Positions 1 to 12,309 of a DNA stretch of 64,000 bases are shown here, piece after piece. The stretch is taken from positions 143,468,001-143,532,000 of the forward strand of contig OX597818.1 in the NCBI GenBank assembly GCA_951406725.2, read 5' to 3'. The position numbers and the translations under genes are program-made. This DNA comes from Octopus vulgaris (lineage: Eukaryota). Under the pieces are notes generated by a model that had not been told where the DNA came from, did no database searches, and saw nothing but the letters and a program-made list of their open reading frames with translations. The stretch's first letter is position 1; each line of letters begins with the position of its first letter.

Positions 1-149
1 TAGCTGCGTCAGGCAATCTCTCCCATTACGGAATCCATGCTGGTTGGGGTTCAGCATATTATGACTCTCAAGGAAGTGAGTCATACGCGATCTCAGCACC
101 CTCTCAAATACCTTGATGATATGAGAGGTGAGTGAGATTGGACGGTAAT

Positions 150-1802
150 TCACGGCAAGCGATTTGTTTCCTTTTTGAAAACTGGGACAACAGACTGGGA
201 TAGAAGGTCTTCTGGTATATATCCAGCATCCAATGAGTTCCGCCACAGATTGGCTAGAGGGGGTGCAAGTTGGTTTTGACACATCTTCAAGACACAAGCA
301 GGGAACCTATCGGGACCTACTGCTGAATTATGCTTCATTTCCTTTATTGCTGCTAAGACATCAGGAGCGCCAAATGTTATGTCCGATAAAGTGTATTGGG
401 GAGTAACATCACTGATACAGCCCAGATCAGTCATATCAGGATTGCTGAAAACAGAGCAATATTGTTTCTGCAATATTTCTCCCATGGTTTTGGCATTGTC
501 TTGAAGAATACCATTTTCATCAATCAGGGGGCCAACAGTAGAACCAGTGACTCTGTGTTTTTTTGCAAATGAAAAGAACACTTTGGGATTGAGTTTGATC
601 TTCTCAATGGCCCAGGCCTCTTCAGCTCTTCGCTGACTATTGATGATAGACATCATGTTGTTTTGGAGTTTATGTTTTTTAATCTCTAGCGACGAGATGG
701 CAGTCAGGTTGGTGTGTTGCTGTTGACAGTATTTCAGCATGTTGATCTTTTTGTTGATTCTTTTAATTTTCCTTATGAGAGATTTTCTATTTCTAGGGAT
801 TCGACACTTAGATTTGTTTGCAGATCTTAATGGGGTGTGTCTTGCACATATGTTCGTGATGGTGTCTACAAGTGACTGCCAGGACTTTTTGATGTTAGTG
901 GGTGTGTATGTGTGCGTGAAGGACCAATCGACTTGTGCAAGATCATTATTGATCGCTTCCCAGTTTGCATTGTGGAAATCCATAGTGTCAAATGGATGAA
1001 CAGGAGGGATGACATTTGTTTTGCATTTTGGCCAGTGAAATCTCAGATCACAGAGAACCATGTCATGGTCGGAGAGTAGGGTTTTCTCCACTGCAATATT
1101 GTGGATAGTATCAGTGTGATTGCTGAAAATTAAGTCTAAGACGTTTTTGTGACATCTCGTTGGTTCGAGTACCAGTTGGGACAAGAAGAAGTCATCCATG
1201 AAGTCAAGAAGCGATTCCACTGCCTCCCTGTCAGGGGTTGAGAGAGAAGAACCTGGCGACAGACTGTTTGTAGACCAGTCAACCCCGGGAAGGTTGAAAT
1301 CTCCCATCATTAAAATGTTGTCAGGTTGACACTGCTGAATGAAACACTTTATGCTGTTGAGGCATTCCTTGAAGCATGGTAGGGGCGTTTGGGGTGGTCT
1401 GTAGAGCCCAACTACTGTTAAGTTGTTGGTTTGACTGAATACAGCGACTGCTTCGCAGTATCCATTCGAAAATATGTTCATGGCTTCTGTTGAGAATGAA
1501 TCATGGACATAAATGGCAGTCCCACCCTTTCTTCTGCCAACACGATCAGCACGAATGGTTTTGAAATTTTTAACTTTCACCTCGGCTTCCAAGTGGAGGT
1601 CACTAAGATGGGTTTCAGTGAGGACGAAGAAAGGGATGTGGTTTGGATGGGCCTCGACCCAGTCCTCCAGGAATCTTATCTTCCATTTTTGTGTATTGGT
1701 GGAAGGGCTGATGCCTTGGGCATTAAGCAGAAATGTTGAGGCGAGAGTGGATGGTTTTAATTGTTTTGGTGATTTGTTTATTTGATTGCTTTTTAATGGC
1801 AT
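150..1802 (-). CDS. LINE ORF2, AP-endonuclease domain plus linker (frameshifted into RT at about 172)
   Basis: 550-aa ORF with all APE catalytic motifs and AVGPDRFPA preceding the RT. Confidence 0.9.
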   Translation of the reverse strand: MPLKSNQINKSPKQLKPSTLASTFLLNAQGISPSTNTQKWKIRFLEDWVEAHPNHIPFFVLTETHLSDLHLEAEVKVKNFKTIRADRVGRRKGGTAIYVHDSFSTEAMNIFSNGYCEAVAVFSQTNNLTVVGLYRPPQTPLPCFKECLNSIKCFIQQCQPDNILMMGDFNLPGVDWSTNSLSPGSSLSTPDREAVESLLDFMDDFFLSQLVLEPTRCHKNVLDLIFSNHTDTIHNIAVEKTLLSDHDMVLCDLRFHWPKCKTNVIPPVHPFDTMDFHNANWEAINNDLAQVDWSFTHTYTPTNIKKSWQSLVDTITNICARHTPLRSANKSKCRIPRNRKSLIRKIKRINKKINMLKYCQQQHTNLTAISSLEIKKHKLQNNMMSIINSQRRAEEAWAIEKIKLNPKVFFSFAKKHRVTGSTVGPLIDENGILQDNAKTMGEILQKQYCSVFSNPDMTDLGCISDVTPQYTLSDITFGAPDVLAAIKEMKHNSAVGPDRFPACVLKMCQNQLAPPLANLWRNSLDAGYIPEDLLSQSVVPVFKKETNRLP

Positions 1803-2822
1803 GTGTAGCGGGGTAATAGTGGTGGATGGCGGTGGGTGATAGCTCGGATGTTTTTTTCCAGTTCTTTTGCTAGATTCATTATAGCTAAAAAAGAGGAAGA
1901 AGAGGTGGTTTCCTGTCTAGGGAACCGCAGGTGACTGTGGCCGCGGCTATTTTTATGTGAGTGGTTATCTTTAAATGTCCGACGAGTCCCCGGGAGATGG
2001 GTAAAGGGGCAATCCCTGTGCAAACACAATCTGTCTCGCTGGGAATAGCGGCAGATTTGGGGATTCCTTGTTTGAGATATTGGTGGTTGTGGTGATGTTG
2101 TATTATGGTGGTTGCTGTTGTAGTTTGTGGGGATAGAGCGTTTTGTTCCAGGTAAATGGGTGAATTTGCAGTCTCTATCAGTGCACAGTCTATGGCGAAG
2201 AGAATATCGGCAAATGATGGGGTTTCGAGTGGGTGTGTAGGTGCGTGTATGTGTGTGAGCTGTGAAAGGTGTAGATGATAGTTTGAAGTTTTGGCGACCT
2301 TTGTGACCTGTAGGAGGTAAATTCCTTGAGATAGCATTAGTAGTAGTAGCTGTAGTAGTAGTAGTAGTAGTAGGTAGAAGAGATGTTGACGGTGGTAATG
2401 ATTGAGGAGGTCGATTCCAAGACAAAGATGTTTGTCGATATATAGTGGGAGTAGTACTAGTAGTAGTAAGCAGAGGAGATGGTGTTGACAATGATGATGA
2501 TTGAGCTGCTGGGGCAGTGAAAGGAAGGGGTGGTGCTTCCTGCTGTGTGACCCTGATGACTGGGGGGTCAATCGTTTCATTTAGCAAATCGGCCATTGTA
2601 GATGAATCAAGGAGTGGTTCATCCTGTTGTTGTTGTTGTTGAGGTTGTTGTTGTTGCCTCTGAGGTTGTTGCTGCTGAAGTTGTTGTTGTTGCTGTACCT
2701 GTTGTTGTTGTTGTTGTTGCCGCTGAGTTTGTTGTTGTTGAGGTTGTTGTTGTTGTTGTTGCGCCGGTGATGCGTTCGAAGAGAAAACACATCTCAGTTT
2801 ATCGAAGTGTTTATTTATTAAT
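1793..2822 (-). CDS. LINE ORF1 with polyQ, Thr/Pro-rich linker and two CCCH zinc fingers
   Basis: [19 protein letters not shown] and [19 protein letters not shown]. The frame stays open upstream of ATG 2596 through (CAA)n to the TA array. The stop overlaps the ORF2 ATG by 10 nt. Confidence 0.7.
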
Positions 2823-2861
2823 TTATATTACATATATATTACAATATATATTACAATATAT

Positions 2862-2940
<79 letters not shown>

Positions 2941-2959
2941 CATACATACATATATATAT

Positions 2960-3042
<83 letters not shown>

Positions 3043-3057
3043 CATATATATATATAT

Positions 3058-3324
3058 ATCCTCCCTAAATGCCTGAGAGACTTACATGGTGTGGATGTGG
3101 GTTTCTTTAAAACTAAACTGGATCTCTTCTTGTTGGGAGTCCCAGATGAACCTACCTCACGACAGGAGACACGGATGCGGGCAGCAGCATCGAACTCCCT
3201 TGTTGATCAAGTGCCACGTATCAGAGGTGGATTCACAAACTAGTGTAGCTCATTCAGCGGTGGTGCCCCAGCATGGCCGCGGCCTTCGGGCTAAAACATT
3301 TTTAAGGATTTAAGGATTTAAGGA
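3058..3324 (+). mobile_element. 5'-truncated CR1-like LINE 3' end with (TTTAAGGA)n tail
   Basis: LPKCLRDL...[16 protein letters not shown]...SNSL then stop at 3243, a short UTR and an 8-mer tandem tail. Flanked by (TA)n. Confidence 0.85.
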
Positions 3325-3329
3325 TATAT

Positions 3330-3593
<264 letters not shown>

Positions 3594-3602
3594 CATACAT
3601 AT

Positions 3603-3641
<39 letters not shown>

Positions 3642-3662
3642 CATATATATATATATACATAC

Positions 3663-3695
<33 letters not shown>

Positions 3696-3822
3696 TATAT
3701 ATACATACATATATATATATATATATATACATGTATATATATATATATATATATACATACATATATATATATATACATACATATATATATATATATATAC
3801 ATACATATATATATATATATAT

Positions 3823-4120
3823 AACGACAATACGGCACAACTATTTCACCTCAATTGGACCCGCTCTCTTCAACATTACACCAGGACACGTCAAAAAAGA
3901 AACTGACCACACAAAATTCAAGAAGTCTTTGGACAAATTCCTTCAAACAGTACCGGACAAACCATCCACACCCGGATATGTCTCCGCAAACAATAACTCT
4001 CTGCTCGAATGGGCCTTGGTGCCCAAATCCTGAACTGAAAGACTTCGCCAGGTGGTGCTATTAAGTTAGACATGGCCTGGGCCAATACTGGCCAAAAACC
4101 TTTCTAAGTTATTCTAAGTT
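3823..4120 (+). mobile_element. 5'-truncated CR1-like LINE 3' end, second family
   Basis: GPALFN...[16 protein letters not shown]...NNSL, stop at 4033, TTCTAAGTT tail. Flanked by (TA)n. Confidence 0.85.
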
Positions 4121-4128
4121 ATATATAT

Positions 4129-4161
<33 letters not shown>

Positions 4162-4172
4162 CATACATATAT

Positions 4173-4442
4173 ATCCCCTTCAAGACCAAGTGGAGACTAC
4201 TACAGAAGGCGCGTTCGTACACAGGAGGCCATACCTGCTGTGACCTTTGCATTTCCGAGAGCCTAGAGACTATTCACAGATTGTATTTGTACACTTGTAT
4301 ATATGTATTGTATATATGTATAGAAATGAATAGGTGTTAGTAGGAATATACGCATGTATGTGAGTGCGTGTATGTGTATGTGTATGTACATGTGTATGGG
4401 TGTATGTGTGTGGTTTTTTATATTTTTTTAATATTTTATATG

Positions 4443-4493
<51 letters not shown>

Positions 4494-4745
4494 GTATGTA
4501 TATATGTATATATATGTGTATGTATGTGTATGTGTATGTATGTGTATGTATATATGTGTGTAATGTATATATAGATATATATATGTATATATATGTGTAT
4601 ATGTATGTGTATATGTATGTGTATGTGTATGTGTATATGTATATGTATGTGTATGTGTGTGTGTATGTGTATGTATGTATGTATATGTATGTATGTATGT
4701 GTATATTTGTGTGTATGTATGTGTATGTATGTGTATATATGTATG

Positions 4746-4784
<39 letters not shown>

Positions 4785-4847
4785 GTATATATATATATAT
4801 GTATATATATATATGTATGTATATATATATATATGTATATATATATG

Positions 4848-4886
<39 letters not shown>

Positions 4887-5295
4887 ATATATATATGTAT
4901 ATATATATATGTATGTATATATATATATATGTATGTGTATATATATATATATATGTGTACGCTCGTGTGTTTAATTATATGTAAGTATGTAGAGTTATGT
5001 GTATGTGTATGTATGTATATATATATATATATATGTGTAGATGGGTATATACGTGTATGCTTATATGTATGTTTCCGTCTGTACAAAGGGTAACTGCATG
5101 TGTATATATATCTATTATTCCTTATTCATTATTTATTACATGAGTATGCGTTTGTATGCATGTATGTATTTATGTATATAAGCAGGCGCGTGAGTGTGTG
5201 TATGTGTATGCATTTGTATAAACATACGTATACATTTATGCATATGTGTTTGTGTGTATATGTGTGTGTATATATATATGTGTGTATATATACAC

Positions 5296-5345
<50 letters not shown>

Positions 5346-5492
5346 GTATGTATATGTATATGTGTGTGTATGTGTATGTGTGTATATATATATATGTGTA
5401 GATGTGTGTGTAAATGTATATATATATGTATATATATATGTGTGTGTGTGTGTATGTGTATATATATATATATATGTTATGTTGTGTGTGTA

Positions 5493-5523
<31 letters not shown>

Positions 5524-5552
5524 ATTTATGTATATATATATGTATATATATA

Positions 5553-5591
<39 letters not shown>

Positions 5592-5758
5592 GCTTGTGTG
5601 TTTATGTATATGTAGGTATGTAGAGTTATGTGTGTATGTATGTGTGTATATATACATATGTGTAAATAGGTATATATGGGTATGTTTATATGTATGTATC
5701 CGTTTGTATAATGGGTAACTGCACGTATATATATTTATTATTTTTATTATTATTATTA

Positions 5759-5790
<32 letters not shown>

Positions 5791-7037
5791 TGAGTATGCA
5801 TGTATGTGTATATATGTATATGCCTGTATGCATGTATGGTTTTATGAACATAAGGAGGCGCGTGTGTGTGTGGATGTGTATGCATATGTATAGACATTTG
5901 TATACATTTATGCATGTATGTACTTATGTGTATATATAGATGCGCGCGTGTGTGTGTATGTGTGTGTATGTGTACGCATATATATGTGTATGTGTATATA
6001 TATATATGTGTATATATTTTCATAAAGCTTCCCGTTTTATATATATATGTATGTATATGTATATGTATGTGTGTGTGTATATATGTATGAGTGTATATGT
6101 GTATGTATATGTATATGAGTATATATGTATATATATGTATATGTGTATGTATATGTATGTATGTGTATGTATGTGTATATGTATATGTGTATATATATTA
6201 ATTAGTGTATATGTATGGACTAGTCTTCTGTGAGTGTGTTGAGGTATGTATGTGTAAGCGTGTATGTGAATATACGTGAATGTATGTAGATGTATGCGTG
6301 TATGAATATAACACATACGTGTGTGTACGTGCGAGTGTGTGGGCGTGAGTGAGTGCTTGCGTTCTTCGTATAAGTAAGTAGACAGATAAACGGAATCTTT
6401 AGATCGTCCCTTGAGACCGATTGACCGGTCAAGATAAAAATAAAAATAAAGATATAAACAAAATTAATAATAAAATTAAAATAAGAGAATAAAAATGTGT
6501 GTGTATGTGTGTGCATGTATATGCATTTGTATATATTTGTGCGAGTGGGTATACATATATGTATGTATATGTGTATCTGTGTGTACGTACATGGGTATGT
6601 GTATATATATATGTATATGTATGTATATATATATGTATGTGTATGTATGTATATATATATGTATGTATATGTGGGTATGTATGTATATGTATAGATATAT
6701 GTGAATATGCGGGTGTATATATGTGTATATATATATATGTAGATGTACAAGTGAGTTTCCCTACTTACCTAAAACCCTATTTTTCTATTTATATTTTTTT
6801 ATTTTTTTATTCTTTTATTTATTCTTTTATCTACTTTACCACTGATTCCTTTGACCACTCCCCTTGTAATGACAGTTTTGCACCATGCCTACCCCCCAAA
6901 ATGTCCCCCACCACCACCCATTTAAACCTGCCTAAATGTATAAATGCCAAAACAACTCTTGTCTACTAGCTTCCTGATGATTTCTTTTGAATGAAACAGT
7001 TCTAGTCCTGTAGAAGCTCCTTCTATAAAATAAATAT
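4173..7037 (+). mobile_element. 3' part of a Penelope-like element: GIY-YIG C-terminal remnant, microsatellite-rich UTR and terminal hammerhead
   Basis: 4173-4280 translates as IPFKTKWRLLQKARSYTGGHTCCDLCISESL, resembling the W...A.SY......C.LC..E end of PLE endonucleases. A hammerhead lies at 6968-7018, followed by AATAAA. Linking both ends into one element is inferred. Confidence 0.55.
6968..7018 (+). ncRNA. Type I hammerhead ribozyme
   Basis: AGCTTC-CTGATGA-TTTC(TTTT)GAAT-GAAA-CAG(TTCTAGTC)CTG-TA-GAAGCT. Stem I is 6 bp, the core is intact and the cleavage triplet is GUA. Confidence 0.8.
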
Positions 7038-7055
7038 ATATATATATATATATAT

Positions 7056-7086
<31 letters not shown>

Positions 7087-7092
7087 CATACA

Positions 7093-7158
<66 letters not shown>

Positions 7159-7204
7159 CATACATATATATATGTATACATATATATATATATATATATA
7201 TATA

Positions 7205-8219
7205 TGAAGGTGATGCCAACATCATTTGGGCAATGCTGATGGAATATTTTCCACATCATGCAGATGATGTAGCGCTCACGACGACGTTGGAGAGAATAAA
7301 GTTTTAGCTTTTCTAGTCGACCCCAATAGTCGAGGCCTGTCATGCCATCTATCTTTTTTGTGATTGCCCTTTGAGGTGCTTCAACTTTTATGATACCTTG
7401 TATTGTGTGGGGAGACCACAGTGGACAACAGTATTCAAGGTGGGGTTGGGCAAAAGTGGAGAAGAGAAGGATAATGGTGTGGATATCTCTCGACTGGAAA
7501 GTTCTGAGAATCCAGGAACACATTCTGCGGGCCATGTCAACTTTGGTGTTTATATGAGTGGCCCAGCTTATGTTGTTGTCCACAATTACTCCCAAGTCTC
7601 TGATGTTGTTGGACGCTGCGAGAGTTTCACCTGAAGGAAGGGAGTATGGGAGTTTCAGGGCATCCTCTTTTCCAAAGTGGATTAACTCAAATTTATCCTC
7701 GTTCAGCAGCATGTTGTTTTTTTCTGCCCATTGGATAACAGCCAGTAGATCTGACTGAAGGCATGTCCGGTCACTCGCCTCATTTATGACCTTCTGTAGC
7801 TTGGAATCATCTGCAAAAATTTTTATGTTGCTGTGCTTGATGATGTCATTAATGTCATTAATGTAAATGATGAAAAGAAGTGGGCCCAGCACAGTGCCTT
7901 GCGGAACGCCACTACTGACTTTGGCTGGGCTTGATTTTACCCCTTCAACTACAACATGTTGAGATCTGTCTGTCAGGAAACACTTGATCCATTTCAGTAA
8001 CTTTCCAGAGACACCAATGTTGGATAGTTTTTTCAATAGGATCTTGTGATCGACCCTGTCGGAGGCCTTACTGAAATCAAGGTAGATAACATCGGTGTTG
8101 GAGCCCTCTCCCAAAGCTCACCAGAGACACCAATGTTGGATAGTTTTTTCAATAGGATCTTGTGATCGACCCTGTCGAAGGCCTTACCGAAATCAAGGTA
8201 GATGACATCGGTGTTGGAG

Positions 8220-8226
<7 letters not shown>
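7205..8226 (-). mobile_element. CR1-like LINE RT fragment with an internal ~116-bp tandem duplication
   Basis: [44 protein letters not shown]. 8005-8110 is repeated at 8121-8226. Confidence 0.92.
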
Positions 8227-8250
<24 letters not shown>

Positions 8251-8672
8251 CATACATATCTTCACTTCACTAAATTTATCAAGCTTCTGTGTTTTTAGTA
8301 CATACTTCGCCTTTAATGTACTTATATATGAATAATATATGGCTTGTGCTAGAAACACCAGCGATAATAATTAATTTTATTTTATCGCATTTTGAATTTG
8401 TTTACATATTTCTCGATAAATTTTGAGCGTTAGACTATATACCAGAAATCCCTAGTTTGTCGGGTTCGTTCTGCGTCTGCGCAGTGATCTGATTAGTTAG
8501 AAAGAGCAAATTAATAGACGCACATGTGTCTATCGAGTTGCGCTTCATAATAACAGGAATCTTACTGAAGAGCCTACCTGAGTAAATAAATATTATTTTT
8601 ATTGCTGAAAAAGGTGAAACTGCAGTCTAGGATGAACAGAGTTAGTAAAAGTTTATATATATATATACATAC

Positions 8673-8727
<55 letters not shown>

Positions 8728-9067
8728 TAAATGGTAAGGACTCCCTTCTGTCATGAATGACCATGGGATTGAATCTAGAAAGTTACCCTTTGAGACACAA
8801 GTCCAGGCAAAGTTGTTTTGTGGAAGACCAACAGTCCACCCATGCCTACCAGCCTCTCCTCTGCATGCCACCGATGCTATCCAAGGCAAAAGGGGCCAAT
8901 ACAGCTTGGCACCACTGACATTGTAACTCATTTCTACAGCTGAGTGAACTGGAATAACATGAAATAAAGTGTCTTGCTCAAGAACACAACACATGGCCCA
9001 GTCTAAGAATTGAACTCACTACCTCATGATTGTGAGTTAGACTCTCTAACCACTGAGCCATATGCCT
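8728..9067 (-). mobile_element. tRNA-derived SINE (family C)
   Basis: Minus-strand head with TGGCTCAGTGG (box A) and GAGTTCAATTC (box B), then a TTGAGCAAGACACTT core. Confidence 0.7.
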
Positions 9068-9114
9068 TCACACATATTGTCATATATATGACAATATGTG
9101 TGTATGTGTGTGCA

Positions 9115-9510
9115 AGGTGGTGAGCTGGCAGAAACATTAACATGCCGGGCGAAATGCATAGCCGTATTTCATCTGCCGTTACGATCTGAGTTCAAATTAC
9201 GCCAAGGTCGACTTTGCCTTTCATCCTTTCGGGGTCGATAAATTAAGTACCAGTTACGCACTGGGGTTGATGTAATCGACTTAATCCATTTGTCTGTCCT
9301 TGTTTGTCCCCTCTGTGTTTAGCCCCTTGTGGGTAATAAAGAAATAGGTATTTCATTTGTCTTTACGTTCTGAATTCAAAATCTGCTGAGGTTCACTTTG
9401 CCTTCCATCCTTTTGGGGTCAAATTAAGTACCAGTTGCGTACTCGGGTCAATCTACTCTTTTGCCCCCTCTCCAAAAGTTTCAGGCCTTGTGCCTAGAGT
9501 AGAAAAGAAT
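9115..9510 (+). mobile_element. tRNA-derived SINE (family B), partly dimeric
   Basis: GAGTTCAAATT box B and GCCTTTCATCCTTTCGGGGTCGATAAATTAAGTACCAG core. Homologous to 34199-34418 and 61372-61602. Confidence 0.8.
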
Positions 9511-10081
9511 ATATGTGAGAGTGTATGTGTATTTGGAGGGGTGGTCAGCACTTTTCTCCTTTACCACTTGTCAATCAGTGTTGTTTTGATTATGCCCCCA
9601 TAACTTAGTGGCTCAGTAAAAGAGACCAATGAAATAAGTATCAAACTTAAAAAATAAGTACTAGGGTTAATATATTTAACTAAAATCTTTCAAGACAGTG
9701 CCCCAGCATGGCCATATATATATATATATTGTTGTATTTCGGAATGGTCATTTTGCCAGTTTAGCCAATAAATTTTCAGGCCTTGTGCCTAGAGTAGAAA
9801 AGAATATGAGTGTCAGTTATGAAATCTTTGTAAGCGATAAACACAGTAACTGTACTGGCAAGCAATGTATGTCACTACTTCAACATGGCTGTTCTGTTCA
9901 AATGGACATTTCTTCTCGCTGGTTAATGATACGACCTGCATCCAATATATTGCAAGCAGGAGAGCAAAGCCCCACCACCTTCTAACATTGAGACGAGCAT
10001 CCATCTCTTGCAGGGATTTTATAACCAGATTCTTTGCTTGTTGCAATATCAGCAACTGAATGTCACATGAATTTTTATATA

Positions 10082-10694
10082 CAGTAATCCCTCAATTAGC
10101 GTAGGTATTACATTCCACGACATAGGAACAGTATTGTACTCTTTACTCTTTACTCTTTTACTTGTTTCAGTCATTTGACTGCGGCCATGCTGGAGCACCG
10201 CCTTTAGTCGAGCAAATCGACCCCCGGGACTAATTCTTTGTAAGCCCAGTACTTATTCTATCGGTCTCTTTTTGCCGAACCGCTAAGTGATGGGAACGTA
10301 TACACACCAGCACCGGTTGTCAAGCAATGCTAGGGGAACAAACACAGACACACAAACAGACACACACACATATATATATATACATATATACGACAGGCTT
10401 CTTTCAGTTTCCGTCTACCAAATCCACTCACAAGGCATTGGTCGGCCTGCGGCTATAGCAGAAGACACTTGCCCAAGATGCCACGCAGTGGGACTGAACC
10501 CGGAACCATGTGGTTGGTTAGCAAGCTACTTACCACACAGCCACTCCTGCGCCTACTGTATATATTTCTTAAATTATTTTTACAATTTGTATATATTTAT
10601 TTTATTATAAATGCAAAACAAAACCACAGAGGAATCGACGTAGCTTAAATAATAAACCACAACAGGAGAACCACAATATGGTGAGGAGTTACTG
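10082..10694. mobile_element. Tc1/pogo-type MITE with a nested SINE
   Basis: TIRs CAGTAATCCCTC and GAGGAGTTACTG with TA on both sides. It interrupts a repeat that is uninterrupted near 11050. Confidence 0.7.
10138..10553 (-). mobile_element. tRNA-derived SINE (family A)
   Basis: Box A TGGCTGTGTGG, box B GGTTCAGTCCC, internal (TA)/(TG) tract and (GTAAAAGA)n tail. Many copies occur in the window. Confidence 0.88.
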
Positions 10695-11334
10695 TATTGC
10701 AAACAGAAGTGAGCTACTATCATCTCTAGCAGATGAGATGTCTAGCACTGAGGAAGGGCAAAAATAGCCCAAAACCAGCCTGGACTGCTGACACCGTTGT
10801 TAGAAGGTGGGAAGGGTTCACTCCCCTACTCACAATATATCAGATGCAGGTTGCATTGTTAGCCAGCTAAAGGTCCTCTTGGGGTTACAAAATCACAGTA
10901 ATGCCCATTCAAACAGAATAGCCATGTTGAAGTGATCACAAACATTACTTGCCAGTACAGTTACTGTGTTCATCTCATACAGAGATTTTATAACTAGGTT
11001 CTTTGAGTATTTGTAAGATTAGTGACTGAATGTCACTTGAACTTCTATATATTGAAAACAGAAGCAAGCTACTGTAATCTCTCGCAGACAAGGTGTCCAG
11101 CGCTGAGGAAGGGCAGAAATAGTCAGCAACCAGGTTGGTCCCATTGCTAGAGGATAGTAGGGTTCACCCCCCTGCTCACAATATATCAGATGCAGGTTGC
11201 ATCATTAACCAACTAGAGGAAATGTCCTCTTGGGATAAAAATAATCACAGTAACATCCATTCCAACAGCTATATTGAAGTGGTGACAAACATTACTTATG
11301 TATATATATATATATGTGTATGTATATATAATAC

Positions 11335-11890
11335 ATGGTGGCTGCCCCCTTGTTATCGAGTATGGCCATTGCACGAAGCTTAATCAATGCTGTTATTGTG
11401 CAATGCCTGTGCAAAAAGATTTTTTTTAAAGTGAAGAAAGGCTGTGCACTGAGTCAATCCCACTCACTAAGCAACAGCAGCCATAATCCGAAAAGAAGAA
11501 CAAGTCAACATCATCGGTAACCACTGAGCCGCAGGTTTTATGTCGGAGTTATCCCAGTTACCTGAGTTACCTTCTCCTAGAAGGATGCTCTAACAAAGGC
11601 TAGGAGTCCTTCACTCCCAATGGTTTAACCACGCGATTGGGTATTCAGTCCAATTATTTCTATGTCCCCGCGCATGATACATCCTTAAGACATTTGTTGG
11701 ATGGCCGTTGACTCCCAAGAGTCCCCCCCCCTTTGATGGGTTTTGTTTTTCATCCCGCAGGGTGTTCAATAAACACCCTCCTCACCAAGCAAGCTTGGTG
11801 GAGTTGCCGGTTTAGTCACCGACGAGCCGACCATGCAACAGGTTGTACTGGGTTACATGTTACCAGTAGCATTCGAAAGTGACCTAACAT
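11335..11890. repeat. Unclassified interspersed repeat bounded by (TA)n
   Basis: GC-richer block sharply delimited by TA arrays. No ORF recognised. Confidence 0.35.
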
Positions 11891-11910
11891 AATATATATA
11901 CAAAATATAT

Positions 11911-11959
<49 letters not shown>

Positions 11960-12309
11960 ATGCAATATGCTTCTTTTTTGTAGGTAGGTTGTTATTTTCA
12001 TACATGTTTATATTCTTTCGTTGAAATAAGCAGTGTTTAAAACAGTGTAATGTCACTAAATATTGCCATTTTCACCGGTAATCCTATTTACTTTATCCAC
12101 CTAATATGTTCTTAAACACTATAAACAGAAACACACACACACAGCAATAATGAACATGTCACCGACATAAAATGCAGTACTACCAATATATGATATACAT
12201 AGCAACAGTTACATATTTTGTGATAATATTATTTTCACCAATAAGTAAAAATACTATTTGTAATAAAAATATGCATTACTGAGTAATCAGTCCCATTCTT
12301 GTAACCATT

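Larger units (their letters stand above)
1..2822 (-). mobile_element. 5' part of a CR1/L2-type LINE (ORF1 plus APE-RT ORF2), continuing beyond the left window edge
   Basis: ORF2 has APE motifs (LTETHL, GGTAIY, YRPP, MGDFN, LDLIF, SDH). After a 1-bp frameshift near 172 it continues as GNKSLAVNYRPISLTSHIIKVFE...QHGF, which is the start of the RT. Confidence 0.92.
9812..11298 (+). mobile_element. Penelope-like/retrozyme-like ~355-bp tandem units with an inverted 5' segment and degenerate hammerheads
   Basis: CTGAGGA cores at 10748 and 11103. 9812-9988 is the reverse complement of about 10798-10995. A homologous array lies at 37896-38412. Confidence 0.65.

Noticed and set aside
1885-2580. 231-aa alternative-frame ORF over LINE ORF1
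   Set aside because: A low-complexity shadow frame; the CCCH-containing frame is the credible one.
8240-8600. Possible promoter or first exon of a gene whose intron holds the left-hand repeats
   Set aside because: Only mild CpG enrichment and ambiguous splice signals; cannot be supported.
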